DNA of 62,543 nt, filler included, from Atractiella rhizophila (lineage: Eukaryota), in assembly GCA_021432655.1 (NCBI GenBank). It is 30 parts of 30 records of this genome, joined end to end, with 100 filler letters (N's around TTAATTAATTAA, not from the genome) between each part and the next. Parts side by side here need not be neighbours in the genome. Positions count along the whole stretch, not along the records: positions 23,317 to 25,313 come from MU272798.1; positions 25,414 to 27,410 come from MU272799.1; positions 27,511 to 29,505 come from MU272800.1; positions 29,606 to 31,600 come from MU272801.1; positions 31,701 to 33,694 come from MU272802.1; positions 33,795 to 35,780 come from MU272803.1; positions 35,881 to 37,864 come from MU272804.1; 23 more parts are not named here. One strand, 5' to 3'. The first letter of the stretch is position 1, and the number at the start of each line of letters is the position of its first letter. This document shows, piece after piece, positions 23,640-37,093 of this stretch. The notes under the pieces are model-generated. The model was not told the origin of the DNA. It saw only the letters and a list, made by a program, of their open reading frames with translations, and did no database searches. A program made the translations under genes and the position numbers.

Positions 23640-24520
23640 GAAATTTTGACAAACTGGCGCTAGGTTCTCGTTATCACTGACATTGGAAGGGCAGACATAA
23701 CTTACAAGCATTGAGACAAGCATCATTTCTGACTCTGACATGCCAGTGTTTGTGTAAGTTCCCAGCTTGAACCGATGCAAATAGTTGGTTAGGTCTGGAA
23801 TATGCTGCATCTCTTTGATAGAATCCTTGATCTGTTATCAAATGGTCAAAATAGCCAAAAGTGAAGCACAACCCACCTCGTTTTTGATGGCATTACATGC
23901 CTTTGTACAGCAGCGCTGTACATCGCTTCTGACTAATTTCATCACAATGGTGTTGTCGTTGAGAACTACCGGGATATGCTTGAAGGCAGGAGACTTAACC
24001 ACAGCCTAATGCCACTTCAGTAAGAAAAATCAGCTGGAGGTAGACAGAGTGGCTTGCCATGAGCTTCGAGTGAGCCACTTTGAATGACACTGTACCTGTG
24101 TTCAAGATGCATGCACGAGCCATGGCATAGAATTGTGACTACACAGCGAAATGTGCAAGGTCTACAAAAGAAAAGAGGGGCATACTGAGAGATTATCAGA
24201 CACTTTGTATCCATTAGGTTGCATATCGACGACATCTTGAAGGAGCTTTCGCAACTCAACCAAAGTTACCCGGTTTGCCATCTCTTGCTTAACCGCATCA
24301 GCCTGACCCACGCGAGCACCAGCTCGTAAGTGTTGAGACTCTTCTCGCAAACTAATCCAGGCACCCCTTGCATTTTCTGGTTATACAATGGGTCGTCCAC
24401 CATTGACAGACAGCCTTTGGTCCAACACCACCTGGTCTCAGTCCATCAAAAGAGCAATATACCTCTGAAAACCTCTCAATACCACTGTAATCTGCTGCCC
24501 GCACTGCCGGCTTGTTCACA
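23640..24520 (-). pseudogene. Decayed multi-exon gene of unknown function, probably transposon accessory gene
   Basis: Spliceable exons (..SLREESQHLRAGARVGQADAVKQEMANRVTLVELRKLLQDVV.., IKDSIKEMQHIPDLTNYL) with an in-frame TAA at 24381-24383; same contig as a transposase remnant. Confidence 0.4.
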
Positions 24521-25104
24521 ATGAATTGGGCGAGATGTGATGGCAAAAGAGGCCCACTGGACAGTGAAGAAGATGGCAGTGGAGTAAACGAGAAGTAGGG
24601 AAGTGCAGGGGGAGAATTGGTCTGGTGGGAAGGGGCAGTGCGGACACATCATTTTGAGTGGGTGCTGTGAAGTTGAAACTGCTCACAGATTTGCCCAAAA
24701 CAAGGTCACACATTTACGCTCAAAGGAGAAAACATGTTGCTCACTCTTCAACCACAGATACAGTACACAAAACTGAGTCCAGGGATGGTGGGGCTGTTGT
24801 GAGAGAAGGACTTGGAGATGTGTTGCGTGAACCTGGAGTACTGCAAGGTGTTGTAAGGAGTCGCTGTACACGCAAATTCTGGGAAGAGGGGAGAGAATTT
24901 GGAGCAGCTGATTGTGGTAGATGCAGAGAGGTTGAAGTTATGAAACAAACTGTAAGAAGGGATTGGCCCTTAACGTTGTGTTGATACTTGATATTGCACA
25001 AGAATTAGAAAAGGATGGTGGTATATGGTGTGTGGTGGTGAATAATTGTCACCATGAAGCCTCTGCAAAGTGCCAAGTCATCAATACCATCAATCAACGG
25101 ACTG

Positions 25105-25313
25105 ATGACATCCACTTCATTGGCACCTCAAATAATGTCTCTGCAACTGAATAGCTGGAAGGCGTTGTTGAGCAACTCAATGATTACTGGTCCCAAGGGA
25201 ATCATTTCATATGACAACGTCATGGACGAAGAGTTACTGCTTCGGCCAATTGCAATTGTCTTTGAGGGTGATAATCCTATGCAAGGGGAGGCTTGCTCCT
25301 GCTCTCCATCATT
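25105..25313 (+). mobile_element. CMC/CACTA-like DDE transposase remnant
   Basis: DIHFIGTSNNVSATE*LEGVVEQLNDYWSQG/IISYDNVMDEELLLRPIAIVFEGDNPMQGEACSC; matches the HFxxTSN...GDNPMQxE pattern of basidiomycete transposases; stop at 25152-25154 and +1 frameshift near 25198. Confidence 0.7.
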
Positions 25314-26733
25314 NNNNNNNNNNNNNNNNNNNNNNNNNNNNNNNNNNNNNNNNNNNNTTAATTAATTAANNNNNNNNNNNNNNNNNNNNNNNNNNNNNNN
25401 NNNNNNNNNNNNNCAATGATGTTAATTCGTTGATTCGAACATGGAGGAACGTACTTGGAGGTTGTAGCGCGTGTCTGTGTACACCTCTCCATCTTTCAAC
25501 ATTATTCTAATTTAACCGCTTTTCAGAAGCTTCGAGAAGATAAGGCTGAACGGTCTCACAGATGATCTCCTCCTCCCGTGAGAATCTTTCCTTTCAGACG
25601 GTCACCTTTGAAATAGCCGGATGTGATTGAGAGAGCACTACCGTGTGAAGGAACGCACAGAGGAGTTAGTTAGTATGATATCCGTTAACCTTACGAGTTG
25701 GGAGAGAGAAGCGAGTGAATTTTCAGAGGTGCTAGCCAAGCTCAACGATGAATGCACTTGGGAGTGCACGTTTCAATTGAATACATTTCTAATCAGATGA
25801 AAATCCAGCGTCACAATTGCGTTGGGTATTTGGTAGAGTTGTTTGGCACGACAAACAATATCGAGTACGATGTCCTCAGTTTGGAGTGCCCTGACTTGCT
25901 CTGACGACGCCAGACAATATCCATAATTATTCCTGTTGCACAGATACTCGTCTGGGACGGATCTGGGGTTTCGATCAGCAGGCTAATGCAGCTGAATGAC
26001 TAGATTTTCGACGTGATGATTCTCACGTAACGCAGGTGCATTAGACCTCCTTCAAACTGGAAAACAAGAACGATGGGGCGTGCTGCAACGTCGTTAGAGA
26101 ACAGTGACTCGCATGTCTTGCTGTGGGAAAGACGGATGACTGAAAGGAGCCTTGCAGCGATGGATAAATCACGCAAAACAAATAGGGTGCTTAACTCGAA
26201 ACTGTGAGGAATAAAGCACACACCGACGATACCCAAAGGGACCTCTGCCAAAGTCCACCGGCTGCTCAAGGGATGCGAAGAGTGTGTAGAGATGTCGGAG
26301 AGTGGGGACAGGGAGCATTGCCTGCATCTTTCGTCGAATCGCTCCTCCTGGAGTAAAGGTAAACTTCGTGCAAGCCTTCGTTGAAACTGATGTGGGAGGA
26401 ATGGGGGTCTATTGATGTGGTGTTGTTATATCGGAAGGAAGGAATGGCGTCGTATCCTTGTCGGGAGTTGCAGCACCGCCAGCTTGGGGCTGAGCCAGCT
26501 GATACTTTGTTGGTGGGAGACAGGGACAACTGGGCAGCAAAATGAGAGGGCAGGGGAACCGATCAGACGACTTGGCCAGTTCCTGAAGCGGTCCTGCTGC
26601 GGATGGAAGTTGAGCAGATTAGGGTTGCGGAATCAATTGCGTGTTAGGGTCGTCGCGTCGCCCGCAAAAACAACGACCAGTCGACATCTCATCCTCACCA
26701 CCAGAATTCAGCAGCATCAGCGCAGGATTCATC

Positions 26734-27410
26734 ATGAGCAGCATGGACAGTGGAACCATCAACGCCGGCGGCTCTTCTTCAAGCACGAAAGCTAATGCCA
26801 ACTTTGCAGACATCGACCTCTCCTCCCTCCCGCCGGACATCCTCCAAACTCTCTTCTCCCTCGCCTCCACCTCCAACCCTTCCTCCGCTCCCCAGGCTTC
26901 CACCTCAAACGCAACACACGCAACGCGTTCAGGACGTATTCCCCAGCCAGTCGATTCCCAGACGCTCTTGGACACCTCCATATTCGATCAGTACTTCAAT
27001 TCATTCATAGATGGCGATGGCGGATATGACGAGAATGCGGATGCCGATTTCAATCCTGATACCTTCTTAAATGAGAGCTCACCCATCAAAGGTGGGCACG
27101 CATTCAATGGAGGGAAAGGGAAGGGGAAGGAGACGGAGGATGATGCAGATGCAGAGGGTGATGTTGGGGAACAAGGGGACGGAGAGACCGATGTGGAAAA
27201 TGCAGGAGGTGGATTGACATTTGATTGGAAGGCATGGGAGTCAGAGATGACAGGTGAGTCTGACCGTTACTGTATTAGGGAACAATGTTGACTCCATGCA
27301 ACGTGAATGAAAGACGGAGAAATCGACATAGACAACTTCCTCCGCACAGATATTTTTTCTCCCATCGCTCCCCTACCTCTCTCTACCACTCCTTCTGGTG
27401 TACCCTCCAC
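26734..27410 (+). CDS. Unknown low-complexity acidic protein, 5' part
   Basis: Open frame to donor GTGAGT near 27253, continues after a short intron; no recognisable domain. Confidence 0.55.
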
Positions 27411-27510
27411 NNNNNNNNNNNNNNNNNNNNNNNNNNNNNNNNNNNNNNNNNNNNTTAATTAATTAANNNNNNNNNNNNNNNNNNNNNNNNNNNNNNNNNN
27501 NNNNNNNNNN

Positions 27511-29408
27511 ATCGGAGATCACCTTTTGTCCATGGCTTACTTCGACCATGTCCTTCCTGATCTCGATCCTGTGTTAGGACGTCTACCTCAGAGCTGGTCT
27601 GAATATGAGAGTCTTCGCACCGACCCAAGTTTCCAAAACGGGAGGCTAGACATTCTCGTGACTTACGCGATAGCAAAGTCAGCTCTCAGCTCTCCTCACT
27701 CGGAAATCTTAGGTCGACATTCACTCAGAGCTATTCCTCTGGACATTTCGTCATCAGCCGATGCCCTAGATTTCCGGGAGCAGGGACGAGCTCGCACGAC
27801 TGCAGTGATGGCACTGCAGCAGCAATGTTTCGAGCTCGCGTTGTCTCCCACGTCTCCACTTCGTCAAGCGACAGAATCGAGCATTGCAACCCTACTCAAC
27901 ATTCTCTTCGTATTTTGGCAAGATTCGCCTTCTGGAGCTCCAGAAGCTCTACGATTAGCGGTAGAACACTTTGATGCCTTGTGGAATGTTGCAGATAACA
28001 GTCGGCGAGAGGTACTGGTAGATAGATATCTTTACGGTCTGGTTGTGGTAAGCGCCTGGCCTGCGAAAAAGGTGATCTGACAGTATATCAAGATAGATAA
28101 TGAAGTCCACTCCCGGTTTGGAGGAAGGCCAGACTTGTTAGACTAGTCCCACGCTATTGCCAATGCCCTCACTCACAAACTTTGTTAGAACTGAATCTCG
28201 TTACCAGCGCATCTTACGACGCCGCGAACACCTTCCAGATTATAGGTTCTTCGTTTACCCTGCCACTCTCGCTTCAGAACAGCCTGTACCCAAGACAGCT
28301 TCTGAAGGGGCTGAGGTTGGATGGGCTTTCCTGGAATCGTTCCTTCGCGAGACGAACATCCGACGTGAGTGAAGCTTTGGTAAGCCTAAAGGGTCGATGT
28401 GCTGATCGATTCACAGGCCATCTGCTTAGTTCTGCCCTCCAGGACGAAGCCGAGGACAGCTTAAGCGAACTTCTTCAGTACCTGGTTGGTTACGTGTCCT
28501 GGAGGACTCGGCACGCTCGCCTTCACTTCAGGTCGGATGTCCAAAGTGAGGGAGTTCCTCACAAGAAGGATCGATTCTCGCTCTACAGTGTTGGCGCTAC
28601 AGCCGAAGTCTGGTGGGACACAGATCTTTTGTTGGGTCGATTCTTCAAAGGTGTCTTCGTCTTCAAATCGCTGTTATCCCAAGCTGTCTCCCTCTTTCCT
28701 CACAGCGTGACACTGTCACGCCTCGAAGAGTCATACCGTCCTCTTCAAGAATATCTTTTTCTCGAGCTCATACGATGGTTTGCCTTCATCGTCTTGTCTT
28801 CAAAAATGGGAAATTTTGGCACAAGTCTATGGAGAGGCTCTGGGGAATCAATCTTGCACCAATTTGATTTCGTTCCAGGCGGATTTCGCAACTTGGCAGA
28901 ACTTGCTCGTAACTCTCCAGCGTTAGAGCAGCCCTTGAGGGCGTGAGTTGCAATATTCCTCATTGTGCTAATTACTGATCAACTCTGGTAGTATCATCAA
29001 ACAAGCAGGCCTCTTTAGTTGGTCATCGCACAGGTTAGCTGTTCAACTGGACGCTTTTGATGACGAAGTTCGCAAAACGCCATCTCCAGAAGCAGACCAA
29101 GACATAATAGAGGTAGCTACATTACTGTCGCAAAAGCCCAGAGAATGCTGATGACTTCACAGCTGCCTCGAAGGACACCTTCACCACCTCCTCTATTAAG
29201 CAATTACGCAAGCGCTTTACTTTCGAACAACTTTCCCGTTGGCGAGCCAGAACAGTTCGCATCTCCAGACAGTTCTTCCGTTGAGATAGTTTCGACAGGC
29301 GAGCCCGCCCACATTGTACCACCATCTCCAGCACTAGAAGACTTCATTCAAACACTTCTGGGGCACGAACTAGGATCGGCAATACCGGACCTATCTCTAA
29401 ATCACTAA
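27511..29408 (+). CDS. Multi-exon protein, 3' part; resembles the middle/C-terminal region of Zn2Cys6 transcription factors
   Basis: Long exons with GT-AG introns; HSEILG...LDFREQGRARTTAVMALQQQCFELA; DNA-binding domain not in the contig. Confidence 0.5.
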
Positions 29409-31716
29409 GATTTATACCACATGAATTCATCCGTTTCCATTTCGTTTGCAAGGTTCATGATGCTTAACCTCTGGCAATGGGGATTAATAAGGGATATACC
29501 GTTTTNNNNNNNNNNNNNNNNNNNNNNNNNNNNNNNNNNNNNNNNNNNNTTAATTAATTAANNNNNNNNNNNNNNNNNNNNNNNNNNNNNNNNNNNNNNN
29601 NNNNNAACCTTCATCCACTACAGCATGTTGCAAGCATAGACGATCTGATTCATCCTACATTTCCCTTTCCATCCTTTTGTGGGAGTGAGAGAGAAGATGG
29701 TCCAGGATTGGAGGCACCCATGGTGCCGCCCGTCGCATATTTTCGATCGTTCGTCGAAAGAGAGAGTTACTATCGGGGTGGTTTCAAACCCATCTTCTTC
29801 GTCGCGATGCGACAGGGAAACAAGCGTATGTTTCACCCCTCGAGACTGAGAGTCGCTGACCATCAGCTCCTACCGGAGATTCGTGTGAAGGATGAAGCCA
29901 GAGCATTTTGAACCTATTCCCGAACATTGCGAGGGGTTCCTCGTCATCATCACGATGAGCAGTCTGATGGCGACGAGGAAGACGATGCCGATGATCCAAT
30001 CTGACAACATGCAACGCGTCAGTCTCGGCTGCCTTTGGTAGGACATAGGATGGGGCATACATTAATAGGTGATCCAATGAACTGTGTGAGGTACGCTTGA
30101 CGGATGGGAGAGGAAACAAGATAAGTGCTTGGGTGGAAATAAACTACGGCTGGAGTTGTCGAGGTCGAGGGGCTGCCATCACTGCACCTTCCCAGAAAAC
30201 ATTGCGGTGTTGACGGCCGCAATGCTGACAGAAGGATTAGATGAGCTTTCGCTTCTTAGAAAACGGTTATGACAGAATCATCGTTACCCATCGCCTGCCT
30301 ATCGACATATAAGTAAAAGTTATTTCGGGGCGTGAACAAGGCTAACCCATTGGCCCAAACTCTTTGACATTTCGCCAAACCGTATAACCTGCCTCAACGG
30401 AAGGAGCCCTTGAAACAGCTGGGAAAAGATGAGGAAGAGTCAGGATACGGGAGGGGAACTACACACATTCCATGAGGCTGAATTCCTTCCAGTCAATAGC
30501 TAGCGGGGCTCGAGACTTGAAGGTCTAGCCATTGCAGTGTGTGGGTTGTTCGTTGTTGTTACGAAGCATGGATTACCGATACAGTGTAGAAACGGTGTTG
30601 ATGATGGTGCTAAAATGGAAGGGGGTCGTTTGATGTTAAAGATACCTCCGACTAGAGAGATGCCAGTGAGGAGGCAGATCTCCTCGTCGTCGTGGAGCAG
30701 GGACATGATGGTATGGGAGCCACTGGCAGAAAGTCCTCACACCTGTGGGTCTTCTTCTTTGAACCCAGTGGGTTCAGCGTTCTCTCCGCGTCAACAAGAA
30801 ACGTCAATGCAAACTCTTAGGCTCTGCAGCAGGTGCGGAACTGAAGAGAAAAAGAAGTGCCCACTGTGGTGATCGAAACCCAACTCCGAAATCCCACAAG
30901 CAGACTCTCCGTTTCAAGCGAATGATCTCTCCAATATTACGGTTTGCTGAAACCATCACTTTCGCTAACATGCACACTGGCATTCACTTTTGGACGAGTT
31001 TTAAAGCTACTCACTCCAACTCCTCAGCTCGACGCTTCCTGCAAAGAACCGCTTCGCGCGGACTACTCGCTCGCTGGACTCCGCCATTGACATGGACATG
31101 TTGACAGATGCCCCACAATGCAAACAATGCCGCCGGTATGTGTTATTGTTCTCAGTGGAGTTAGCTAAGCATGAAAGAGAGGAACTTGTGGCTTTCAAAG
31201 TCAAGGTCAGGAGTTTGACCTTAGCCGTGGCGATTGCGAAGGCTTCATCCGCTTGGTACAAAACCAGCGGGGCAGGTGGGGCTAAAAGTCCCCCATTGCC
31301 AAATATCTTTCCTCTCTTCCATCTGACTTGTCAGTGAGTTGAAGGGAAGCGCAATCGGGTTGTCGCAATGACGGACTCAAGTAAGCGACCCCTCAGTTTC
31401 GCGTTCCTTTTTAGCTCTGTACTCTTCACTGGTACGAAGGACTGATTGATCGCACCAGTCCACTCAGACAACCACACGAGGGTTCCAACTCCAGAGCAGT
31501 CCCCTTCAGAGCATCCTCTGTCGACCAATGCTGCAAAAGTCGAACTCGCTTCTTTACAAGAACACCTCCGAGGGCAATCCACACGGAAGAGCTCGCAGCT
31601 NNNNNNNNNNNNNNNNNNNNNNNNNNNNNNNNNNNNNNNNNNNNTTAATTAATTAANNNNNNNNNNNNNNNNNNNNNNNNNNNNNNNNNNNNNNNNNNNN
31701 ATGGTTCTTTGCAAAT

Positions 31717-33677
31717 CTAGCTCATTTGGTCTTCCTCCATCCAACCCTTATTTTTAGCCAATATGCACCACCCCTCCAGAACAGAAGCATATGATATAAA
31801 CTCTTCTGTAGCTAGCTCAGCCCGCTCCGTGTTACCCAATCGCACAGGTGTTTTATGTGTCTACGTTCCTCGTAAGCCCTCTTTTAGAAAGATGGGAGGA
31901 AAGTACCTGAAAGCCGGTGATAGTCCGAGGCTTGCCTGCTTGTCCCACAACGTCCACAGCTTGCCCCACTCGAACATTTACCTTCTGATGATTGCCTTCT
32001 TCATCCAAGGTGATCAAGAAACGCTGAGTGAGATGAGTTAATCCAGGAACACACTCCGAGCAGCAGACCTACTGGGAACATGGCCGTGACTAGCATGTAT
32101 AGCATCCACGGATACTTACCCAAGATGACTACAAACGAGAGTCATTAGGAAATTTGCTTTGCATGTGAATGGCGCCTTACAGAATTTTGTATCCGTGAAG
32201 GCGAGCAATGTTGCCAGTAAACCAGACACAGCAGCCGGGGACATAAGCTGACGATCGGTGTGGAAAGGGTTGACAGTAATTGTTCCTTTGCCTAAGTGAA
32301 CAAGGCCCTATACAAAACATAGGTCAACAAGGTGAATACAGGGCCATAGAGGGCTTACCATGGCAATTCGAACTGTAAACAAGCACTCTGGTTGTGTAGC
32401 GTAATATGTGGCCAGTTGACGCAGCATTTGAGCCAGCCTCGCGTTGTTCGTCCCGGCTCCCAATAAGCCCATTGCGAAAATGGCATTCATGGCAACGTCG
32501 AGATCATTATCATGAGAATATTTGGAAAGAGTGTCCATGATGTGCAAGACAGGATTGCCAACCGACAGAAATCCCAGTGCGAGTGGAACTGAGCGGCGAA
32601 TCACAGGTTCACCGTAGTGCATCTAAAAGAAGGTGTCAGTTGAATCAAGGAGAAGTGAACAAGTTCACAAGATGATTGAACTGCCGAGTCAACATCTCAG
32701 CTCCAATGTCTTCGCCCATTCCTATTAACGATAACCCGAGTACAGCAAGTGCTTGGAAGGCGTCGTCGGCATGCTCCTTCTCCTTCTTATCGACTTCAAC
32801 AGAGCCGTTCTGGTCGGTAGAAGCAGCCGCATTCGCATCCGACGGCCGTTCAGCAGCTTCATTTTCTGCCTTCTCGGCCTCGTTTGCGTTGAGGTGGTCG
32901 GTGCAGTGGTGCAACATAGATTGAATCTTGAGAACGTTTCCGGTGCCAGCAAAAGAGCAAGCTTCTATAAGCACAAGCGTCTGTTTCCCTACCGGTGCCT
33001 CTATGGTCTTGAGAAGCTCGACAATGACCTCTGAAGCTTCTTCCCGCCGGCAGCCTATAGAAACAGTGAATGGGAGAAAGGAAAGGCAGGTCAGTACATA
33101 CCCAGATAAAGAAGTGATAGGCCCAATGCCATATATCTCGCAACTTCACTCTTTAAATCTTCCAATTCCCTCTCCATCATGGTTTGGACTATACTGGCAG
33201 CGATCTCGTCATTACAGGAGCCCATGAATACGAATCCAAGAGCAAGGGTAGCCATTGACGCGACCTCCATTGACACGGTTGTATCCGAAGCGAACGGAGT
33301 CAGCAATTCTGATACTGTCTCATTATTTGAGCCTGCATAAGCCACGCCTAGACTAAAATCAATTCAGCATGCTGGCAATATCTCTAGATAAAAGTCTACC
33401 CGACGATTGCTGCGACTTTCGTTGGCACATGTTTGTCGTCGAGCTTATCGCCTAATAAAGCAAGGGCAGCCTCATTCTCATTCTTGACGCTTGCAGTAAT
33501 AAGACCGTTCGCCAAAGTGGCCCCAGCCTGAAAAATCTCAATGGGACGCCAAAGAGTAAGGAGAAATTACCTTGATGTTGTCGTCTTCGACATAGGTATA
33601 GTTGTCGATGTAACCCATACCGACATCGACATCCCAGAGGCACAAGAGTCCAAGGGATGCCGCCGCCGCCATCATAC
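31717..33677 (-). CDS. RPN1: 26S proteasome regulatory subunit Rpn1, 3' part
   Basis: [114 protein letters not shown]. Confidence 0.98.
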
Positions 33678-33794
33678 CTAACTCTAACGTGAGANNNNNN
33701 NNNNNNNNNNNNNNNNNNNNNNNNNNNNNNNNNNNNNNTTAATTAATTAANNNNNNNNNNNNNNNNNNNNNNNNNNNNNNNNNNNNNNNNNNNN

Positions 33795-35765
33795 TGGAAC
33801 GTTTCGAGGGGGACCATGGGCCAATCGCGTGAAGATGACGGTCTCAAGGTTGTTGTGTTGAGAGATAGCCCAGAGACCAATTGGCAAGATGTAGCGAAAG
33901 ACTGGAAACCCTTCTTCGACTTTTTCCATGCAGGTTTCCTTCTCTTCTTCGCCACAAAGATCACCTACCTTGACCTCGAGGCCTTCGATCCCGACTTGCC
34001 ACTAACTTTCAACTTCCCTTCTCTTCGGACGTTAAAGGTCGAAATGGTTTTCCATCGCAGAGGGTTTATGGCTACTATTCAGGACACCTTTCCACGTTTT
34101 GCCGAATTTTCAGCATTACAAGTGCTCGAGCTTCGAAACATCGACTTTTTCAGGGGGAACTCGGGCCTCCAACCTCCAACCTTTGCACTTAGATCCCTCT
34201 CCGCTTCCACTAAGTACAGTCAGAGGCCCGCCGATGCGAGCGATCTCGACCTGTTCCAGTACCTGTCCGCATCCGACAGCAAATTAGAACGCCTCGTGTG
34301 GCGTACAGAAGGACCATTCGACAAATCGAATCTCATAACCTGCAGCTACCTCGTTTTCTTCTCGTGTACAATTGAAGATTTTCATTGGGCGCTTCCTGTC
34401 TTCCCGCCGCTTCCCAAACTCAAACACCTCGAATTCGGCACTTCACGATATGGGATACACGATCTTCCCCTCCTATCCACCTTTCCCCATCTCAATCAAT
34501 CGAGGGGGCTCAAGTCTCTTAAACGGACTGAAGTACTCATTATCTTCCCGCCGCCTGAATCAGGCTTCCACTTCGATGCAACCGAATGGAAATGCGAGTT
34601 GGAGGAATTGGAGTGGACCCACCCGCGAGATAAGTTCACGCCAAGCGATGTATTTCTCAGCCTCCAAATCCTTTGTCCCGACTCCTCCTCTCCTCCCCTT
34701 CGAAGATTCAAGTTATCTTATCTATCATTTGGTGATCCGAAATACAACATCCTCTTCCTATCTCGCCTGCTCTACTGCCCCACTTCGTCATTCAATCCCA
34801 GCCCATCATCCCTCAACATCTTCAAAAACGGCTGGCTCGAGACTATCCAAACTCGATACCTCCATCCCCTTTTAATCTCCACTCCCACATACGAATTGCA
34901 AGGCCGCACACTGTACCTAGATGACGGTCATCCGGACTCTCTCCGTCTCTTCATCGAACCACTCATCCGTTCTATCCAACAAAACACCTTGCCCTCTCTC
35001 ACCACTGTGAGGATCGGATGGACGATAGATCCTGATGATCCCTACCAGGTTTTGCGCGGCCCGATGGAGTTGTCTTCGGAAGATTACCACCTATTACAGC
35101 AAGTGAAACATGTGACGAGCGAAAAGAACATCCTGTTTGAGAGTGGGGATGTCATTATGAAGGCGCCAGAGGCGGTTGGTGCTGCCGCCCAAATAAAGGA
35201 CGGCGATGTGGGAAGCGAAGAATATAGAGATAACGAGAACGAGGAAGACGATGGTGCAGAAGAAGGTAGCGATTATGAGCAACCGGATGAGTCCGATATC
35301 GACTACTCTTACTTGTCGTCAGATGAGTCGGATGAGGATGCTTCAAGCCCAGGCTCAGAGGAATTGCTCAAACCCACTCAGTCGACGGGACATTCATACA
35401 ATATCCTGTTCCTAGGCACAGGCACTTCAGAGAGCATACCCACCATCTCTTGCCTCACCTCCAATCCCTGTCTCTGTTGCTGCCTCGCTCATCCGCCCTC
35501 CAAATCCAAATTCAAATTCATATCTAAGTCCAAGTCAAAATACAAATCCAAAGCAAAAACCGAATTCAGATCCAAATCCAAATCTGAGGAATCCAAGCGG
35601 CCACTTCCTAAGCCTAATAAACGCCGGAACACCTCCGCGCTCATCACTCTCCCCAGCGGAAAAACAGTACTTATCGACTGTGGCAAAAGCTTCAGAGAAA
35701 GTGCGTTAGAGTTCTTCCCGAAGAACGGGAAGAGTGTCATCGACGCTGTGCTGCTCACCCATGAG
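33795..35765 (+). CDS. Long intronless ORF: LRR/RNI-like region, acidic linker, then PhnP-like metallo-beta-lactamase domain (partial)
   Basis: LxxLxL repeats (FPSLRTLKVE, FSALQVLELRNIDF, LPKLKHLEFG, LPSLTTVRI) in frame with ILFLGTGTSESIPTISCLT...NKRRNTSALI...VLIDCGKSFRESALEFFP...IDAVLLTHE, then donor GTTAGT. Confidence 0.8.
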
Positions 35766-35880
35766 GTTAGTATTCCCTTGNNNNNNNNNNNNNNNNNNNN
35801 NNNNNNNNNNNNNNNNNNNNNNNNTTAATTAATTAANNNNNNNNNNNNNNNNNNNNNNNNNNNNNNNNNNNNNNNNNNNN

Positions 35881-36376
35881 TCCAATAAATTCTTCTTCTC
35901 AATACCACACATCTTACAAGTGAGGACAGAAAAGCGAACCTCGGTTTCGAATTCTTCAACTTCTAACACAGGCGGTGGTGAGCTTTCCGCATCCTCCTCG
36001 TCCTCAACTCCCACATCGCTCCCTCCGTCACTTGCCATCCTCCTCAGCTGTCCATTGCCAATAAACGGAGATAGAGAATCCAGACTTGTTACTGTTGAAC
36101 TGAGAGAAGTAATTGCATCGGAAAGGACGGAGGAGTGGTCTGATACGATGACAGTCGTCGGAGATGTAGGTGCAATGGATATGTAGCTTTTAGGATCTTC
36201 TACTCTGATGGATGAAGACGTAGAAGGCTCAGAGGTATGCCACTCTTGTAAATCTGGATGTTGGTCAAGGTATTCTTTGAGCCTGTTATGGAAAGGCGAG
36301 ATGAGCAAAGAGAGCGACGGTGATGGGAGACTAACTTCTGTCGCTCTGTAAGCGTGTTGCTTCGGCTAGCTAGCAT
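35881..36376 (-). CDS. Unknown protein, 5' exons
   Basis: MLASRSNTLTERQK / intron GTTAGT...AACAG / LKEYLDQHPDLQEWH...EVEEFETE. Confidence 0.5.
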
Positions 36377-37093
36377 TCTGCCCAAGCTACCTATAGTACT
36401 GACGATAACCGGGACTCAAAAATTGAAGTAATTGAGGTATTTGCACTCGTTTATGTACGGTGATCTCAGAATTTGGAAATGGATGATCGAGTTGTCGGCT
36501 TTTACCTGTCATGGAAAAGCATTGCGGATTTGTATGTCCTGCTGGCTAGCATCATTTTTTCAATTGCCCAACCAACTCTACATCCCGATTGATGGACAGC
36601 GATGGATGGGCAATCTGTGTCCCTGCAGCTCTTATCTACCCTCTAAAATGATGATACAACATCAGAGGGTAGTAGTAGATTGAAAGTCCACTTTGGCCTC
36701 CTTGATTGACTTTACGATTTTGTGATGCAGCTGGAAACCGAAGACTCTCCGGTGCTCTCAACGCGCAGGACGAGGATGTTGTCGCCTGATATGTCAGTAA
36801 CCGAGTTATTCCAAGAACAGGGCTATATTCCAACTACATCTCCCATTTCTTTGCAAGACAGTTCAGTTCAAATCGGATCCATAGTATGCTTCCAGGACCA
36901 GTTCGATGATCGGTGGCTGCTGCAAATATCATCTGCACATCTACGGTGCAGGCCCAGGCCAGTCTCCGTGTTTCTGTCATTTTCAATCCCGGCCATGGTA
37001 GCCGGACAGCACACTTGTCTCATTCTTCTGTTCATGGTAATGCTTGACAATGACTATACAAACTATGTCCTGTAATTTTACAATTTCAACTAA

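Noticed and set aside
29606..31600. Short ORFs in this contig, and likewise in 44201-46169 and 52443-53300
   Set aside because: No coherent spliced product or motif recognised; possibly decayed genes, but not supportable by eye.
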